DNA from: a virus | IMG/VR virus record: IMGVR_UViG_3300025377_000002 | Strand: one strand, 5' to 3' | Length of the DNA: 35,767 nt | Shown here: positions 17,540-25,730 of the stretch, piece by piece | How positions within the stretch are numbered: position 1 is the stretch's first letter | How the letters are laid out: the number at the start of each line of letters is the position of its first letter | Made by a program: the position numbers and the translations under genes | Notes under the pieces: generated by a model | The model's database searches: none | What the model was told of the DNA's origin: nothing | Seen by the model: the letters and a program-made list of their open reading frames with translations, nothing else

Positions 17540-18175
17540 TTAAATAAATGTTTTTTCGTTGTTAATTATATATTCCGCATAATCCCCATAATAAGCTTTA
17601 GCGGTTTTAGTGTTGTCGATTTCCTCAGCTTCTTCTTTAGCAACCTCCTTAGGTTCCTCAGTAGTTTCTGCTTCAGTCTTCTCGTTCGTGATTTCTTCAG
17701 TTGATTCCTCCTTAGGTTCCTCAGTGGGTTCCGCTGTAGGCTCTTCTTCATTCTTCGCGTTTTCTTTAGGCATGCAAGCTTTTAACTCTTCAATATCAGT
17801 CATCATAGAATCAATTTTGGTTTCCATTTCAGACATCTTTGATTCGTACATAGCTTTCATTTCTTCAAGTTCTGTTGGTTCGGATACCTCCTCAACAACT
17901 TTCTCTGTGCCTTCTTCCGATTCGATACTTGGTGTTGCATCACCGTTTTCGTCAGCGTCCGTCATAGACTTAATGTTTTCGATGGTTTCCACCTCACTTG
18001 ATAAGTCAAATTCTTGACCGTTCTTTGTGAAGTTTAGTCTGTAAGTTTTGCTGTTGTCGATAAACTCAACGCAACCTTCGTTGTCTGATGTGAATTTAAC
18101 TACGCCAGCATTGTTTGTTTGCACCCCCTCGTTGGAAAGTACAGACTGTGCGTTGCTTGTTAGTATATCATACAT
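17540..18175 (-). CDS. capsid scaffolding protein
   Basis: 211 aa, extremely acidic with a helical Glu/Lys/Thr/Pro low-complexity C-terminal half. It lies between the protease and the MCP. Confidence 0.7.
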   Translation of the reverse strand: MYDILTSNAQSVLSNEGVQTNNAGVVKFTSDNEGCVEFIDNSKTYRLNFTKNGQEFDLSSEVETIENIKSMTDADENGDATPSIESEEGTEKVVEEVSEPTELEEMKAMYESKMSEMETKIDSMMTDIEELKACMPKENAKNEEEPTAEPTEEPKEESTEEITNEKTEAETTEEPKEVAKEEAEEIDNTKTAKAYYGDYAEYIINNEKTFI

Positions 18176-18210
18176 AGCATTAAGACAGAAAGTTAATGTT
18201 GACTATTTTA

Positions 18211-18223
18211 CAAATAATGACTA
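18211..18223 (-). promoter_or_regulatory. copy 2 of the exact 13-mer CAAATAATGACTA
   Basis: 35 nt upstream of the scaffold start codon (18175). On the plus strand it lies just before ATG 18228. Confidence 0.45.
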
Positions 18224-18227
18224 GTCA

Positions 18228-18437
18228 ATGACTATGAAAAAAATTGATAAGTCTTGGCAAGATAGACGTTATATTAACGCTTTGAACGTAGATAAAGAGC
18301 AGGCTACTATATTAAAGAATAAAGCTAAACAATACGCTTTTACACGTGCTCATTTACTGCGTGTGATTATTCAAGCGTATTTGGATGGCAAGCTCGATAT
18401 TTCAGAATATCAGCCAGACTGGTCTAAAGAATATTAA
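18228..18437 (+). CDS. RHH-like small protein encoded antisense to the late operon
   Basis: 69 aa. RRYINALNV (strand), KEQATILKNKAKQYAF and TRAHLLRVIIQAYLDG (helices). Its 3' end overlaps the protease gene by 14 nt convergently. Confidence 0.5.
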   Translation: MTMKKIDKSWQDRRYINALNVDKEQATILKNKAKQYAFTRAHLLRVIIQAYLDGKLDISEYQPDWSKEY

Positions 18438-19686
18438 CTTTATATTTTGATTTAATATTTACACGATACGGCTGTAATACTGTATACTCTCTATTCTGCT
18501 CAGCACTAGAAAAGATAATTGACTCTATGTTGAAGCTTATATTCTTAGCTATTTCTTTAATGCTTTCACGGTAGCCTTCCGCATTACCCTTTTGCAAATA
18601 GGCCAGTGTTGTATGTGCTATATAATCAGGGTACTCTGACTCGTATGGTAGTGTCTTTAATAATTCATTTGCTTTGTTGAATCTTTCGTCTGCCATTTCG
18701 AGAACTAAAACGTCATAATCGTCTTTTTCAAATATAGTTACACCAATACACTTTGGGTTGATTTTAGTATTATAAGTCCCAACGAGAGTAAAAACATTAG
18801 TCCAGTCTTGTGATGCAAATAGTACGTTTTCTATTTGTTCTTTTGTCACACTAGGCAATAAGCCATATAAAAGCGTTGTGTGTGGGTTCTTTTCTATTCC
18901 ATCTTTTATTGGATCGTTTGGATCAACATACAAATCTTCTTTGCGAATAATCTTAGTCAGAGGGTTCAATATATCATCTTTGTATTTCGCCATCACACAA
19001 CCGTAGTTTTTGCTCTTTTTATTAATCAACTCAAACGGGATTTTGCTTGCCGTCTTCATATTAACAATCTCGTCTTCAAACTCTACATCAACATAGTAGT
19101 GATTATCATTATCAACATAGACCGTTTTAACGTTTCCGATTGTATCAAAGACTTTTACTCGTTCCCCTAGCTTGTACTGCTTAGCCAACTCTTCATCTGT
19201 AACAACGGTAAACTTAGCTTTAGGATTGGCTGGATCACCTGTCACTGTTAGCTCATTGATCTCTACCTCGGTGTCTATGCGTTGCTTAGTCTTTTGATTG
19301 GTCAACCAGTTCAATGTTTTCCAGTTGAGTGAAAAGCTTGTCTTCTTGTTTGCTAAAATATCTTGTATTAATTCTTGATCAGTAATATTAGCAACAACAT
19401 CAATTTTCATCTCTAAAGGTTTTGGTGAGTCAATAGAATAGTCTTCAGGTGCGTATTCCATGTTGAGTACATTACCAAGCTGTCTGTTACCATATTTACG
19501 CTCAAAACCATGCTCAGCCATGATCTTACCACCTTTATCAATAAACTTCTTATATGACTGTTTAAATGCGTTTGGCGAGATAGTGATTGATTCACCATGC
19601 TTATCAAGGTGATTAGTGGTTGCAGTGCCACGGATTACAAGCCCGCCTGCTGTTAATGATTTGGTGTTGATTATAAAGTCGATCAT
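18424..19686 (-). CDS. prohead protease (HK97/S78-type) fused to a C-terminal 2H phosphoesterase (LigT/2',5'-RNA-ligase-like) domain
   Basis: 420 aa. N-terminal part: GLVIRGTATTNHLDKHGESI...AEHG...SFSLNW...ELTVTGDPANPKAKF. C-terminal part: two HxTx motifs, NPHTTLLYGL and IAHTTLAYL, about 90 aa apart. Confidence 0.7.
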   Translation of the reverse strand: MIDFIINTKSLTAGGLVIRGTATTNHLDKHGESITISPNAFKQSYKKFIDKGGKIMAEHGFERKYGNRQLGNVLNMEYAPEDYSIDSPKPLEMKIDVVANITDQELIQDILANKKTSFSLNWKTLNWLTNQKTKQRIDTEVEINELTVTGDPANPKAKFTVVTDEELAKQYKLGERVKVFDTIGNVKTVYVDNDNHYYVDVEFEDEIVNMKTASKIPFELINKKSKNYGCVMAKYKDDILNPLTKIIRKEDLYVDPNDPIKDGIEKNPHTTLLYGLLPSVTKEQIENVLFASQDWTNVFTLVGTYNTKINPKCIGVTIFEKDDYDVLVLEMADERFNKANELLKTLPYESEYPDYIAHTTLAYLQKGNAEGYRESIKEIAKNISFNIESIIFSSAEQNREYTVLQPYRVNIKSKYKVNIL

Positions 19687-21842
19687 ACTAATTTAATTAA
19701 TTTCTTTCCGCATTTACAATTTATTCTTTCGCCTGGTGTCTCCCCGTTGATTCTTTGACCATAGCGGGCTGTCATGCCTACCAATACAAAGTGTATCTCT
19801 CTTTTATCTATTGATCTGCTTAATAGCCATTCCCAGCCAATATTATTGTTTTTTTTTGACACAATATCAACCGCAGCATTGTAAGCCCTGCCAGCTTCAT
19901 TATCGGCCAAGAGCTTAGCACGGTCTTTAATCCTTCGCCTGAATAGCTCCATTGCTTCCTTGCGGGTCGTTGCCATTGTAAGGACTGCCATGATAAGCCC
20001 TACTGTTGTGTCATCTAAGCTACTTGACACTAAAGGACTGTCAATTGAATTATCTCCGCCGTTCTCTACTCCGAGTAATGACTCAACTCTTTTATTAGCA
20101 TAGTCAGTCACTTCCTTATTGACCTCAGCCCTTTCTGCGTTTGTAAGCGATAAGCCTAATTCTTCAATCTGATTAATAGCGTCAATCTTACCAAGAGTCA
20201 TTAAGTAGTTAACATAGTAGGTCATCAATCCAACGTCTAAGAAGCTAGCCAGCGGCGTTAGTTCCTCTCTGATTTCTTCCTCAGTAAGTGAGCCATCAGC
20301 GTCAACGGTCTTCTTGTTAATTATAAAGTCAAAGGCGTTGATCTGCTCAGTGTAAGCCTGTTCAACCATGTCTTGAAGCATTTTGGCTCTATCGTTCTTG
20401 ACTACTACTTCGGTTGGTGAAAAGCCCTCATCACGTTCCTTTTTAACCAGTTCTAAAAACTTCTTGATTCGTTGCTTATCATTACCGTTTAGTGACTTGG
20501 CATTTTGAATGTATGATTTAATGTATTCAGCGGATACAACCGACTTAATATTCTCTTCTACTTCGTCTTGTGCTTCATCAGTCTGAACATCTCCCTCTTT
20601 TAGTTCACCCTCTTTAACAACATTAGAGCCGATCTTTCTGAACTTATCATCATACTGTACTTCATCATCAGTATAACCCAAGAATCTTGTTTTTGCTTCG
20701 TATGCTGAGAATAGACCGCTTGCAAATCCAGCGTTGGCAACCTTCATCATGTCATCAAGAGTACTGATAACCATTTCATTTGGCTTCCATATTAGCCCTG
20801 CATACTCTGCTTTATTAGCTACTACCTGCAATACAAAGTTATTGATAAATTGCCCTACCATAGCTTGAGCGGGGTCAATCGTTTCTTCTTTGTAATTCTG
20901 CATTACGGTTTTTTGCTCACCTTGTCCAAGGCCTCCTGTGGATACTTTAAGTAATTGGTAAGGGTAACCAAACGCATTAGCAGTCTTAACAGCTATGTAT
21001 TTCTTTTCTTCAATGCTCAAGCGTGCTTGGATCTCCTGCTTAATTTGTTTGAGTTCTTTTACTCCTGTATATACTCCTGTCTTGTAACGTGAGCGTGGGT
21101 CGTTGAGTTGCTTGGCAGTTTCAACTAAAGCGTCCAATTCGTCTTTTGAAAGTCCCTCATTTGGGATAATAGCAACGCCAAAGAACGAGTTGTTTAGTAG
21201 GAACTGATTGAAGTTATCTCTATCAAGGCTTACTTGATTAAGATCATCATAAAAAGAAGTTAGAGGTGATTTACCAAAGAACTTAGAATTGATTGACGGT
21301 ATTCTGAATACTTTAAAGTCATCTTTAATATCAAGCGTAGTATACTCAAACCTCCATGTAAGCCGTTCGATCTTGAACCCTTGAGTTTGCCAAAGAGTTA
21401 CTTGGTCACTTGGTATTAGTTGGATCTGTTTAGTAGTATCTTCTTCATTGAATAAAGCAGGGTTTACTTGTCCATAGATTAAGCGGTGTCGAACTAGCTC
21501 AGATGTTAACTCTTCGAGATTGTACTCAGCATAGAGCTTGTCAGTTAGGTCTTGATCTACAACACCATCTTTATCATACAGTTGACCGCCTAGAGCTGCG
21601 ACTCTCTCAGCAATCTTATCAATAGGTGTTTGTACTTCATTAAATACTTGATAGTAAGTGTGGTAAGTATGGAATGGTGGGGGTGTTACTATGAACTGAG
21701 CGTATTGTTGTAGGGAGGGTGGTAGAGCGGAGATTTTGAGATTGTCCAGTGTTTGTGGTACAGAATAATCAGGGCGTGCAATTGCAGGCTTAGCTTGATT
21801 GAATGCACTGAACCCAGCTCTGATTCTATCTTGTAGTCTCAT
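19683..21842 (-). CDS. portal protein fused to a Mu F/SPP1 gp7-like minor head protein domain
   Basis: 719 aa, next to TerL. The C-terminus ...GMTARYGQRINGETPGERINCKCG matches the MuF-type P.H.NC(R/K)C ending. Confidence 0.75.
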   Translation of the reverse strand: MRLQDRIRAGFSAFNQAKPAIARPDYSVPQTLDNLKISALPPSLQQYAQFIVTPPPFHTYHTYYQVFNEVQTPIDKIAERVAALGGQLYDKDGVVDQDLTDKLYAEYNLEELTSELVRHRLIYGQVNPALFNEEDTTKQIQLIPSDQVTLWQTQGFKIERLTWRFEYTTLDIKDDFKVFRIPSINSKFFGKSPLTSFYDDLNQVSLDRDNFNQFLLNNSFFGVAIIPNEGLSKDELDALVETAKQLNDPRSRYKTGVYTGVKELKQIKQEIQARLSIEEKKYIAVKTANAFGYPYQLLKVSTGGLGQGEQKTVMQNYKEETIDPAQAMVGQFINNFVLQVVANKAEYAGLIWKPNEMVISTLDDMMKVANAGFASGLFSAYEAKTRFLGYTDDEVQYDDKFRKIGSNVVKEGELKEGDVQTDEAQDEVEENIKSVVSAEYIKSYIQNAKSLNGNDKQRIKKFLELVKKERDEGFSPTEVVVKNDRAKMLQDMVEQAYTEQINAFDFIINKKTVDADGSLTEEEIREELTPLASFLDVGLMTYYVNYLMTLGKIDAINQIEELGLSLTNAERAEVNKEVTDYANKRVESLLGVENGGDNSIDSPLVSSSLDDTTVGLIMAVLTMATTRKEAMELFRRRIKDRAKLLADNEAGRAYNAAVDIVSKKNNNIGWEWLLSRSIDKREIHFVLVGMTARYGQRINGETPGERINCKCGKKLIKLV

Positions 21843-21878
21843 ATTCCGCTTAATATCGTCTTTATTTTATCTAACTGG

Positions 21879-21891
21879 CAAATAATGACTA
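21879..21891 (-). promoter_or_regulatory. copy 3 of the exact 13-mer CAAATAATGACTA
   Basis: 36 nt upstream of the portal start codon (21842). It overlaps the TerL stop codon. Confidence 0.45.
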
Positions 21892-23385
21892 GAAGATAAT
21901 ACCTACTACTTTTGCCTTCTCTTTCATCTTGTAATTATCTAAACATCCCGAGATCATATCAACAAAGTCATCATGCACTCCTTTTTGTGGGAATGCCAGT
22001 AATTGATCCAGTGCAGTCTTGTTTGATTCATGTTTGTGGGGCAGTATTATTCTATTAGCTATGAAATGTGGCTTGTGTGGTGTAAAGTGGCTTACCTTAT
22101 CCGCTGAATACTTTAACTCTTCAATAGGTAAACTTAACCCGTATTCTTCTTTTGCCAGTTTCTTAATCCAATACCCAAAACCTTGATTAGCTTTCTCATC
22201 ATAAGTAAATCGTCCTACTTCGTACCCTTGAATTATAAGTTTTTTATAGAACTCGATAGACAAGCGGGCTTGCTTTTCTACGTCTAACTTTTCGAGGATA
22301 TAGTCGAGTAAGTAGTAATTGCTGTCGCTACCTTCTCCAATCGCTCCTAAACAAAAATAGTCGCTTGTTTGCTTGCCAGTATGGGTAGTATCAGCATGTA
22401 GATATACTTTCTTAATCTCAGGAAGCTTGACTTGATTAGCCTGCTCTTGGGCATCAGTCCAGAACCTTAACCAGTCAAACTTGACCATACCACTGCTTAC
22501 TAAAAGCGGATTACATAAATATTCTTGGCTAAATGTAAACTCATCTTTTGCCATTTCGTTAAGCTGGTCGGTTGTCTTCCAATCTGGATCAACCGACTCA
22601 CCGTTAATCAAAGCAGGTATCTTTAGTTTATCCCAGTTATGGTATGGTGGTTCACCTTTGAATATCGTCTCAATTATATCTGTAGGGTGCAAGGGTGTGT
22701 TTAATATCTCCATTATTCCTGTCTCTGAAAGTGCTGGTGTCAAGGCTTTCTTATACCAATCAAGAGACTTCGTACGCATCTCTTCACTCCTTACATCTTC
22801 ATCATCCATTATATCATCTGAAATAATCTTTGTTGGCCTTGAACCTTTATCAAGTAATCCTCTAGGATTTTGTCCTGTTGAGATAGTTCTTATTCTTGTT
22901 TTACCAAATATTGTTAAATCGGATTTATTCCATGAATCTTTGTCATGTATTGGCTCACCGTATATCCAGCGAATATTCTCGTTAGTTTCAAACTCGTCTT
23001 TGATAGCCTTGAGTTTGTCAATACTCATCTTATCGTTATATGAGTTAATAACTACGTACGAGTGCGTGTTGTAGATAGCTTCATATACTCCCGCTAGTAC
23101 GAGTTGAATTGAAGATTTGCCCGCTCCTCTATATGCTTTGGTTGCTTTGTGGGGCTTATTCCTTACCCCTATTTGAATATGATCTAGTAATTGATAGTGT
23201 ACGTCTTTAAATGATCTGTAAAAGTAGTGTGGTAATACGAGATATGCAAAAAGAGCTATTAACTCTGGATCTGCTAAATCTTTTTTAATAGATGCTTTTG
23301 TTATTGTGTCCCCCTGCGATTTGATACATCGCTCAATATTGGCTTTGTATTCTTCAACGTATCTTTGATTAATCCTTTTTACCAT
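21889..23385 (-). CDS. terL: terminase large subunit
   Basis: 498 aa. Walker A YRGAGKSSI, an ISDDIMDDE acidic motif, and a C-terminal nuclease-like region with HDDFVD. Confidence 0.9.
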   Translation of the reverse strand: MVKRINQRYVEEYKANIERCIKSQGDTITKASIKKDLADPELIALFAYLVLPHYFYRSFKDVHYQLLDHIQIGVRNKPHKATKAYRGAGKSSIQLVLAGVYEAIYNTHSYVVINSYNDKMSIDKLKAIKDEFETNENIRWIYGEPIHDKDSWNKSDLTIFGKTRIRTISTGQNPRGLLDKGSRPTKIISDDIMDDEDVRSEEMRTKSLDWYKKALTPALSETGIMEILNTPLHPTDIIETIFKGEPPYHNWDKLKIPALINGESVDPDWKTTDQLNEMAKDEFTFSQEYLCNPLLVSSGMVKFDWLRFWTDAQEQANQVKLPEIKKVYLHADTTHTGKQTSDYFCLGAIGEGSDSNYYLLDYILEKLDVEKQARLSIEFYKKLIIQGYEVGRFTYDEKANQGFGYWIKKLAKEEYGLSLPIEELKYSADKVSHFTPHKPHFIANRIILPHKHESNKTALDQLLAFPQKGVHDDFVDMISGCLDNYKMKEKAKVVGIIF

Positions 23386-23761
23386 TTGGGAGTAATGTTA
23401 ATGGCACTGCTAAACTTTCGCCGTCTTTACCCGTCATCTCTTGGCGTGTGCTGAACTCACCTTTAAGTTTACGCTCCAAAAATTTCAAAGCCATATCGGG
23501 GTCGGTCTTGATCGACTTGACCAGTGTTTGGCGTGCTTCGAGGACTGGTCTTTGTTTCAAAAGCTCTTTTCTGAGGACAAACTTTGGGTACGTTGCTTCA
23601 TAATCATAAAGAGCATCTTTAGAAACCCCAGCATAAAAGCACGCTTCTAAATCAGTACAACCAAGTGCCCACGCCTGTTCAAGTTTGTCCACGACTGAAC
23701 CGTTGATTTTTGCGGGTCTTCCAGTCTTTTTCTTTTTAGGGTCTACTAAAGGTCTCGGCAT
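23369..23761 (-). CDS. terS: terminase small subunit
   Basis: 130 aa. TGRPAKINGSVVDKLEQAWALGCTDLEACFYAGVSKDALYDY is a typical TerS HTH N-terminus. It overlaps the terL start. Confidence 0.7.
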   Translation of the reverse strand: MPRPLVDPKKKKTGRPAKINGSVVDKLEQAWALGCTDLEACFYAGVSKDALYDYEATYPKFVLRKELLKQRPVLEARQTLVKSIKTDPDMALKFLERKLKGEFSTRQEMTGKDGESLAVPLTLLPNGKKD

Positions 23762-23763
23762 AA

Positions 23764-24399
23764 CTAAAATAACATTTCTGGTAATTCTTCTAATTGAATA
23801 TCGGGGTTTAACTCATAATTCTTTTTCTCAATTAGAGTTTTCAAAGCTTTATTATTTTGACTTTCAAAGTTTAATTCTTGGTCGATATCGCTAAAAACAA
23901 GACTGGTAAAGTCTTTATAAAATGAACACAATTTTTCGTCTTCGATAATCGTGAAACTTTCCAATCTTTTATTTTGATTCAGATTCATAGATGTTTGAAT
24001 TAAAACGCTCCAATTATCGTTATACATAACAATGAACTTAGCGTGAGTGGGGATAGTTCTAATACAATTCCTACCAAATGCCCCGTTCAGAGTTCTAACA
24101 TACGAGGGCTGCCGGGCTTGAAAGCTTGGGTCGATGATCCATCGCATGTTTTTTATTTTGCCGTACTTAACAAAGTTTTCTGCTCTTTTAAGACTTGCAT
24201 TCGCCGCAGTCCAAACTGCTAAGTCAACTGAACACTCCCCAATTTGATCTGCTACATGCTCAACAATATCAATAAGATTATATTGACCAACGCTTAAGCA
24301 ATGATACTCAAATCCCTTTTCTATATTTGGCAATCGCTCAAACTCTGAATTAAGTATCAGTCTTTTAAGTGGTGATACTTTCTTTTTGATTGTTGGCAT
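23764..24399 (-). CDS. PLD-superfamily (HKD, Nuc-like) nuclease candidate
   Basis: 211 aa with a single HKD-like motif: IPTHAKFIVMYND...IQTSMNLNQNKRLES (HxK ... [GS]xN ... E). Confidence 0.5.
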   Translation of the reverse strand: MPTIKKKVSPLKRLILNSEFERLPNIEKGFEYHCLSVGQYNLIDIVEHVADQIGECSVDLAVWTAANASLKRAENFVKYGKIKNMRWIIDPSFQARQPSYVRTLNGAFGRNCIRTIPTHAKFIVMYNDNWSVLIQTSMNLNQNKRLESFTIIEDEKLCSFYKDFTSLVFSDIDQELNFESQNNKALKTLIEKKNYELNPDIQLEELPEMLF

Positions 24400-24547
24400 A
24401 ATTTTCTAAATATTTTTTAATTGATATGTTTTTTAACTCCGCGAACTGTTTTATCAAGGTATGGGTTTCTTTATAAATCTCAATAGTCACGTTTTCGCGA
24501 TTTAACTTTTTTCTACCTGAATTTATTCTTTTTCCTCCTCTAGTCAT
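24365..24547 (-). CDS. RHH-like small DNA-binding protein with a basic N-terminal arm
   Basis: 60 aa. GGKRINSGRKK arm, then NVTIEIYKETHTLIKQFAELKNISIKKYLENY (strand plus two helices). Confidence 0.5.
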   Translation of the reverse strand: MTRGGKRINSGRKKLNRENVTIEIYKETHTLIKQFAELKNISIKKYLENYANNQKESITT

Positions 24548-24553
24548 GATTTA

Positions 24554-24582
24554 ATTTTAGCTCATTTATCCGATTAAGTCAA
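24554..24582 (-). promoter_or_regulatory. sigma70-type promoter of the packaging/structural operon; predicts a leaderless mRNA
   Basis: In minus sense: TTGACT (24582-24577), 17 nt, TAAAAT (24559-24554). Only 6 nt separate the -10 from ATG 24547. Confidence 0.55.
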
Positions 24583-24735
24583 GTGTTTTTTCATAGCTTT
24601 ATTGACTATAATGTTCTCAACTTAGCCAAATGTTTTAAGGCTTGCTTTCAAACCATGAAATTCTTCTTTGCTTATTACTCTAGGATTATACTCTGCAAAT
24701 TGCAGATCGCTAATGTTTAACTCTCTGATGTTCAT
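24574..24735 (-). pseudogene. decayed ParB-like (ParB/Srx N-terminal nuclease-domain) gene fragment
   Basis: My translation: MNIRELNISDLQFAEYNPRVISKEEFHGLKASLKTFG*VENIIVNKAMKKHLT*. The NPR and FG-x-VE-x-IIVN pattern continues straight through an in-frame TAA. Confidence 0.5.
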
Positions 24736-24776
24736 AATCGCATAAACGCCTATTATCTATGTTTAGTCAAGTAAGG

Positions 24777-24974
24777 TTAGGCTGTCGGCAAGCATAGCGT
24801 GTCAATATATTGCATGTAGACTTTTATTTGATCTGCTATTTTCTGATTTATATTTTCCATTTTAACTTTATCAATAGTAATCTGCTTGCTGTCATACAAT
24901 CCTACTGCTACTTGATTGAATAGTAGATGTTCTATAGTAATTTCATGATCTTTGTAAAATATTTGTCTTAACAT
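24777..24974 (-). CDS. hypothetical protein
   Basis: 65-aa ORF coupled to the upstream genes. Confidence 0.45.
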   Translation of the reverse strand: MLRQIFYKDHEITIEHLLFNQVAVGLYDSKQITIDKVKMENINQKIADQIKVYMQYIDTLCLPTA

Positions 24975-25183
24975 GATGATTGATTATTATATACTTTTAA
25001 CCCTTCACACCAGCCTGTAATGAAATCACAGTAACAACCAGGGCCTTCTTTGATCCCTGCTCTATTCTGAGCTTCAGTATTGATAGTATCTTGAGAATTT
25101 AATAACGCTATAGTTCCAAATGCTGCTACTGTTAAAATAAATGCGAATATAATGTGATGTAGGTTCTTAGTTATGAAGTGCAT
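24968..25183 (-). CDS. small signal-anchored Cys-rich protein
   Basis: 71 aa. N-terminal TM (IIFAFILTVAAFGTIALL) and a C-terminal part with 4 Cys (GCYCDFITGWCEG...SSC). Confidence 0.5.
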   Translation of the reverse strand: MHFITKNLHHIIFAFILTVAAFGTIALLNSQDTINTEAQNRAGIKEGPGCYCDFITGWCEGLKVYNNQSSC

Positions 25184-25365
25184 AATTCTGAAATAGTGTA
25201 ATTAGTTTTGTTTTTCAAATAGATGTTTAATGTATCGATAGCATGTCGCCGTGTTAAAAATACGTTACGCTTAGTATCAAAGTCTAGTAAGTCGGAACTG
25301 AGGTAAAGGGTATATCTTTTGACAGTGTAACCGTTGCCTTCTTTAATTATTTTGTATTCTGTCAT
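25171..25365 (-). CDS. hypothetical protein
   Basis: 64-aa ORF with overlapping junctions on both sides. Confidence 0.5.
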   Translation of the reverse strand: MTEYKIIKEGNGYTVKRYTLYLSSDLLDFDTKRNVFLTRRHAIDTLNIYLKNKTNYTISELCTS

Positions 25366-25588
25366 ATTCTTGTTTTAATTTATTCTGTAATTCTTTCCAG
25401 TCGTTTGGGTATTGTTGCATGTAGCACAGTAAACAAAGTTCTGGTTGGTATCTGGTGATTGAAATATTACTTTCATCGCTCCATTGATAAATATGTTTAG
25501 GGCATGAAATACACTTGCAATTGTTACAGTTACTTACTTGTTTTTTATGAAATAAGGTTTTGCAAAAATAACATTCTTGTGTTTTCAT
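25343..25588 (-). CDS. Cys-rich zinc-ribbon-like protein
   Basis: 81 aa. CYFC...CNNCKCISC...CLLC gives several CxxC pairs. Confidence 0.55.
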   Translation of the reverse strand: MKTQECYFCKTLFHKKQVSNCNNCKCISCPKHIYQWSDESNISITRYQPELCLLCYMQQYPNDWKELQNKLKQEYDRIQNN

Positions 25589-25649
25589 GAGTACATTGTA
25601 GGAAATTAACTAATAGTTGTAAACCAAAAGTGTGTAGTGAGGGTTAAGA

Positions 25650-25730
25650 CTACTTCTTCAACATTCTTTCAATTATGTATGCAATCGGTAAAATGATATA
25701 GAAAATGAGCATTAATATTGTAGCTGTCAT
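25650..25730 (-). CDS. possible 26-aa membrane peptide
   Basis: MTATILMLIFYIILPIAYIIERMLKK. Its start forms an ATGA overlap with the methyltransferase stop. Confidence 0.3.
   Translation of the reverse strand: MTATILMLIFYIILPIAYIIERMLKK

Noticed and set aside
17566-18017. ORFs 17566-17751(-) and 17610-18017(+) overlapping the scaffold gene
   Set aside because: These are alternative-frame and antisense readings of the Glu/Lys/Thr-rich low-complexity scaffold sequence. They yield poly-Ser or poly-Lys/Arg/Leu artefacts.
22481-23074. 197-aa plus-strand ORF inside terL, plus similar antisense ORFs (77-259, 7645-7833, 12665-12898, 13174-13422, 18880-19170, 19413-19631, 23441-23650, 23685-23894, 26262-26495, 28964-29230, 33550-33747, 34023-34217, 35123-35353, 35241-35468)
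   Set aside because: All lie wholly within, or antisense to, longer ORFs that have recognisable motifs or tight operon packing. Their composition (Ser/Leu/Ile-rich) is typical of antisense frames in AT-rich DNA.
24622-24624. Stop-codon reassignment or suppressor-tRNA read-through of the TAA inside the ParB-like fragment
   Set aside because: All long genes are intact under the standard code. A second stop follows 15 codons later and the similarity decays. The tRNA-like RNA offers no UUA anticodon in a proper loop.
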